NCBI GenBank assembly: GCA_951406725.2
Contig: OX597826.1
Location: 22,010,001-22,074,000, forward strand
Direction of reading: 5' to 3'
DNA length: 64,000 bases
DNA from: Octopus vulgaris
Taxonomy: Eukaryota
The translations under genes and the position numbers were made by a program. The notes under the pieces were generated by a model, which saw nothing but the letters and a program-made list of their open reading frames with translations, did no database searches and was not told the origin of the DNA. The first letter of the stretch is position 1. Every line of letters starts with the position of its first letter. Below are positions 60,984 through 64,000 of this stretch, piece after piece.

Positions 60984-62054
60984 CTGACATTAAAAAAATT
61001 CATATTTCATTAATCAAAAACAAAATTGTGACATTAACTTATTTTCAAATAAAGTGAATGATGGTAAAACAGTTTAATAAAATAAAAGCACTGATTTCAA
61101 AAATTGTATAAATCATTGATTAATAATAATTATAAAAATTATCTTTTTCAGTTAATATCAATGATATTGCATATTTTTATTCTATTTTTAGTCTGGAAAA
61201 AGGTGACAGTGGACATAGTGTTGGCAGATTCACAGAAAATGGTACAGCCCTTGCTGTCAATACTCAGCTTATGTTTTACTTCATATCACAACTGGTGAAG
61301 CAGAGCACTGCCATTGCTTACTCATTGCCAATGAATCGGTTACACTTCACAATTTCTGGCTATGAGAGCAGACAAGGGAGTGTCTCTAACTTGAGACAAA
61401 ATGAATATCACAAGAGACTTGGTTTACAAAACATTGTACTTTTGGTTTCCTAACTACTGTTTAAATCCTTCCACAAAATGCATTGGTGAAACACACACAC
61501 GCACGCATACATACATGAGATGGTACTGTTGCTGTACACACAAAAAGCCTAGCCTGTATTTAGCAAAGGGCCACCTGACTGATTGGCATAAATCACAGAT
61601 ACACTCAGTCACTGGTTACAGGGAAGCTGTCTTCTTTGCCTTTTCTACCATTACTGTAATGGCCTCTGCTCTTTGGAATGGGTTGGATGCTCAGGTTTTC
61701 CCATCTCACTCTTGCTCTCATTATGACTGTTGTGTTTATCCCCATCCCCAGGCTGGTCCTCCACTAATCCTTATGGTTAGTACTTCCTTCCCAGAACGTG
61801 TGGTGCTGATGTGGTGATAAAATGCACCCAGTTCATTTTGGAAAGTGGATGATTTTTAGGGAGTGCATGATCCCCTAACCTCAAACAAGAACTCATTTTA
61901 TGCCAGCATGGAGAGTAGACATGATGCCGCTGCTGCTGCTGAAGACTGACCGACTGACTGACACATGCATAATGTATGTGGGTCATATAAATATGTGTGT
62001 GTGTGTACATGTATATATGTATAGATAAACAGACAGATAAATATTATGAGTGTG

Positions 62055-62476
62055 TGTGATGCATATGGAAGAGGAGCTGTGTAAAGAAGTGTCAAACTCT
62101 AACTATAGAGGGAACCTGTGGAAGAGGTAGGCCCAGGAAGACATAGGACAAGGTGGTGAAGCATGATCTGCATATGTAGGGCCTCATGGCGATGGTGACG
62201 AGTGATTGTGAGGTTTGGTGATTTGTTGTGCTTGAGAAAACTTATTGAGCTAAGTGAAATCATGGCTGTGGTTGGTGCTGGTGACATGGAAAAGCACACA
62301 TAAAAGTCACCCACTACACTCCTGGAGTGGCTGGTGTTATGAAGGGCATTCAGCTGTAGAAACCAAGCCAAATTCAGACTGGAATCCAGTGTAGCTCTCT
62401 GGCTTACCAGTTCTAGTCAAGTATTGTCTAACTCATGCCAGCAGGGAAAGTAGATATTAAATGAAGATGATGATGA
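62055..62476 (+). mobile_element. RTE LINE 3' end with (TGA)n tail
   Basis: EGTCGRGRPRKT coding remnant followed by the shared tail. Confidence 0.75.
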
Positions 62477-62491
62477 CAATATATATATATA

Positions 62492-64000
62492 TTGTAAAAA
62501 ATAATGTGTTTTGAATGGCACAATAATAACAACAATGGACTATAATAACTGTTAAAATTTAATCATCCATAGTCTGATATGATATTTCGGAATATAAAAA
62601 TTCCTTCTTCAGATATCGCTAGGAATTGATCAAGTCACTGCTATAAGCAGTTTTCCAACGTTTTTTTTTATTTATGGAGGCGTCTCTGCAGTGGTCTCAC
62701 AAAGCTCCTTCCAGAATGCCTCATGAGAAGTACATGAGCGCAACCATGTCTCAAGCTCTTGTGTGCTGGTACATCCATAGTGCTGCTTCTAAGTTATGTA
62801 TTATATGTGCAGTTTCCTTTTTTTCCCTCCTTTCTTTTTTTATAAATAATACATGAGCATGTTTTCAAAAATGAACCTACACGCATCCAGATGTAGCTAA
62901 ATAATATACTGACTGCCAACCTCCGGCCTGTTGTTAATTTGGGGCCCTAATCTGTCTATGAGGATAGCTTCCTTAATTCTTAGACTACCCAAATTTCTTT
63001 CATTGGCCTCAATTGTGACTGTTATGCTTTTGTTGGTGTTCTGGCATCTGTCTAGATGTTTTCCTGAGGAGGAGGCTCTCGTGTTCAGATGTTCTTTGAA
63101 GCAGATGTGTAATGGTCTTGTTGTGCTACCCACATAGAACTTGTTGCATTTGTTACATTGTATTCTATACATAACATTTACCCTTTGGCATAAACCTGTA
63201 TCATGGATGGGGCAGTTTGCTAGTGTGCATTGATTGCTGTCTCTTGCTCATTTCTTTGCGAGGTGTCTTCTCAGAGAGGGGCCAGAGTGGGCTAGTTGTA
63301 TGTCTAGCCCTTCTCTTCTTATGGCTCTTCACTAAAATAGGGTATTTTAAGGGAGCATGTGTTGCTAGCTTTTCTGTGTGTTGGTCGTCTTGGGTACTTA
63401 AGCTGATTTACAATGGATATAGGGTACCTGTTGGCTTTCAATATCTCTAGGGAGTGTGCCATGGGGGTCAGCTTGTCCTCTGTCCTGCTGCACTTGCCCT
63501 GGATGCATGCAAGTTCATTTCTGGCGTATCCTATTTTAGCACCAAGTGGAAGTGCTGAATTGTACTGGACAAACATATCTCTACTGGCTGCTTTCCTGTA
63601 GAACTCGGTGTGGATCTCTCCTTCCATTTTTAAGTTTTGTCAATGTTTTATGTTGCACCATGGGTAAGTTTGGTATTATTTTTTTCGATTCCTTCCTTAC
63701 GATGTTGGAGATAGACTGTTTCAATCTGGATAGATTGTGGTTGAGTTCTTGGTTGGCTGGGGATGGGTGAAGTGGGTAATCTAGTTGGTATGTGGGAAAT
63801 TTGCCGAGTATGTTGCTGTTGTTCTTTATCACCGATAGCCATTTGAGTTGGTAGGCTGTTCAACAAAAGTTGGCTTCCAGGTTGAATAAGATTTTCTCAT
63901 TCAGCTGTTAGCTCAAGATAAATTTAGGGCTCAGACTGAGAAGTTCTAGTTCTTTATGGGAGAGTGACCCACTCAAGTCTGTGATTAGGGATTTCATGTT
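62492..64000 (-). mobile_element. Penelope-like element with the RT core deleted
   Basis: GIY-YIG (YRIQCNKCNKFYVGSTTRPL..EH..IKEA..QIN) at 62897-63172 and RT thumb (EFYRKAASRD) at 63319-63627, joined directly to the N-terminal region (LLSLSPKF..TLTKLKN). Confidence 0.85.
62576..62617 (-). ncRNA. Minimal type I hammerhead ribozyme in a Penelope-like pLTR
   Basis: GATAT-CTGAAGA-a-GGAAT[ttttat]ATTCC-GAAA-ta-TC-ATATC: complete core, paired stems I and II, palindromic minimal stem III. Confidence 0.8.

Overview
AT-rich, repeat-dense animal DNA. The SINE/LINE families, the (TA)n load and the gene content suggest a coleoid cephalopod, probably Octopus (inference). Two spliced host genes are visible and both are incomplete: a ZC3H11A-like CCCH zinc-finger gene on + (7 coding exons, 20902-32513) and a TTC6-like TPR gene on - (4 exons, 60983-55668). 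They converge on about 23 kb of repeats that include an assembly gap. The dominant feature is a young CR1-group LINE family (here LINE-A), present in four copies. Every copy ends in or next to a (TA)n microsatellite. One copy looks full-length and intact (45781-51429). Its ORF1 combines a trihelix/Myb-SANT-like domain with a CCCH finger and overlaps ORF2 in the -1 frame at a conserved U-rich slippery-like hairpin. Also present: a PHD/polyQ-ORF1 LINE with 163-bp monomers; RTE, Dong/R4 and Hero LINE relics; Penelope-like elements with minimal hammerhead ribozyme motifs; tandem non-autonomous Helitron ends; a solo LTR; an internally deleted mariner; and tRNA-derived SINEs whose 3' hairpins covary with the LINE 3' ends. 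The long IY-repeat ORFs are artefacts of (TA)n arrays. All family assignments come from motif recognition by eye; no searches were run.
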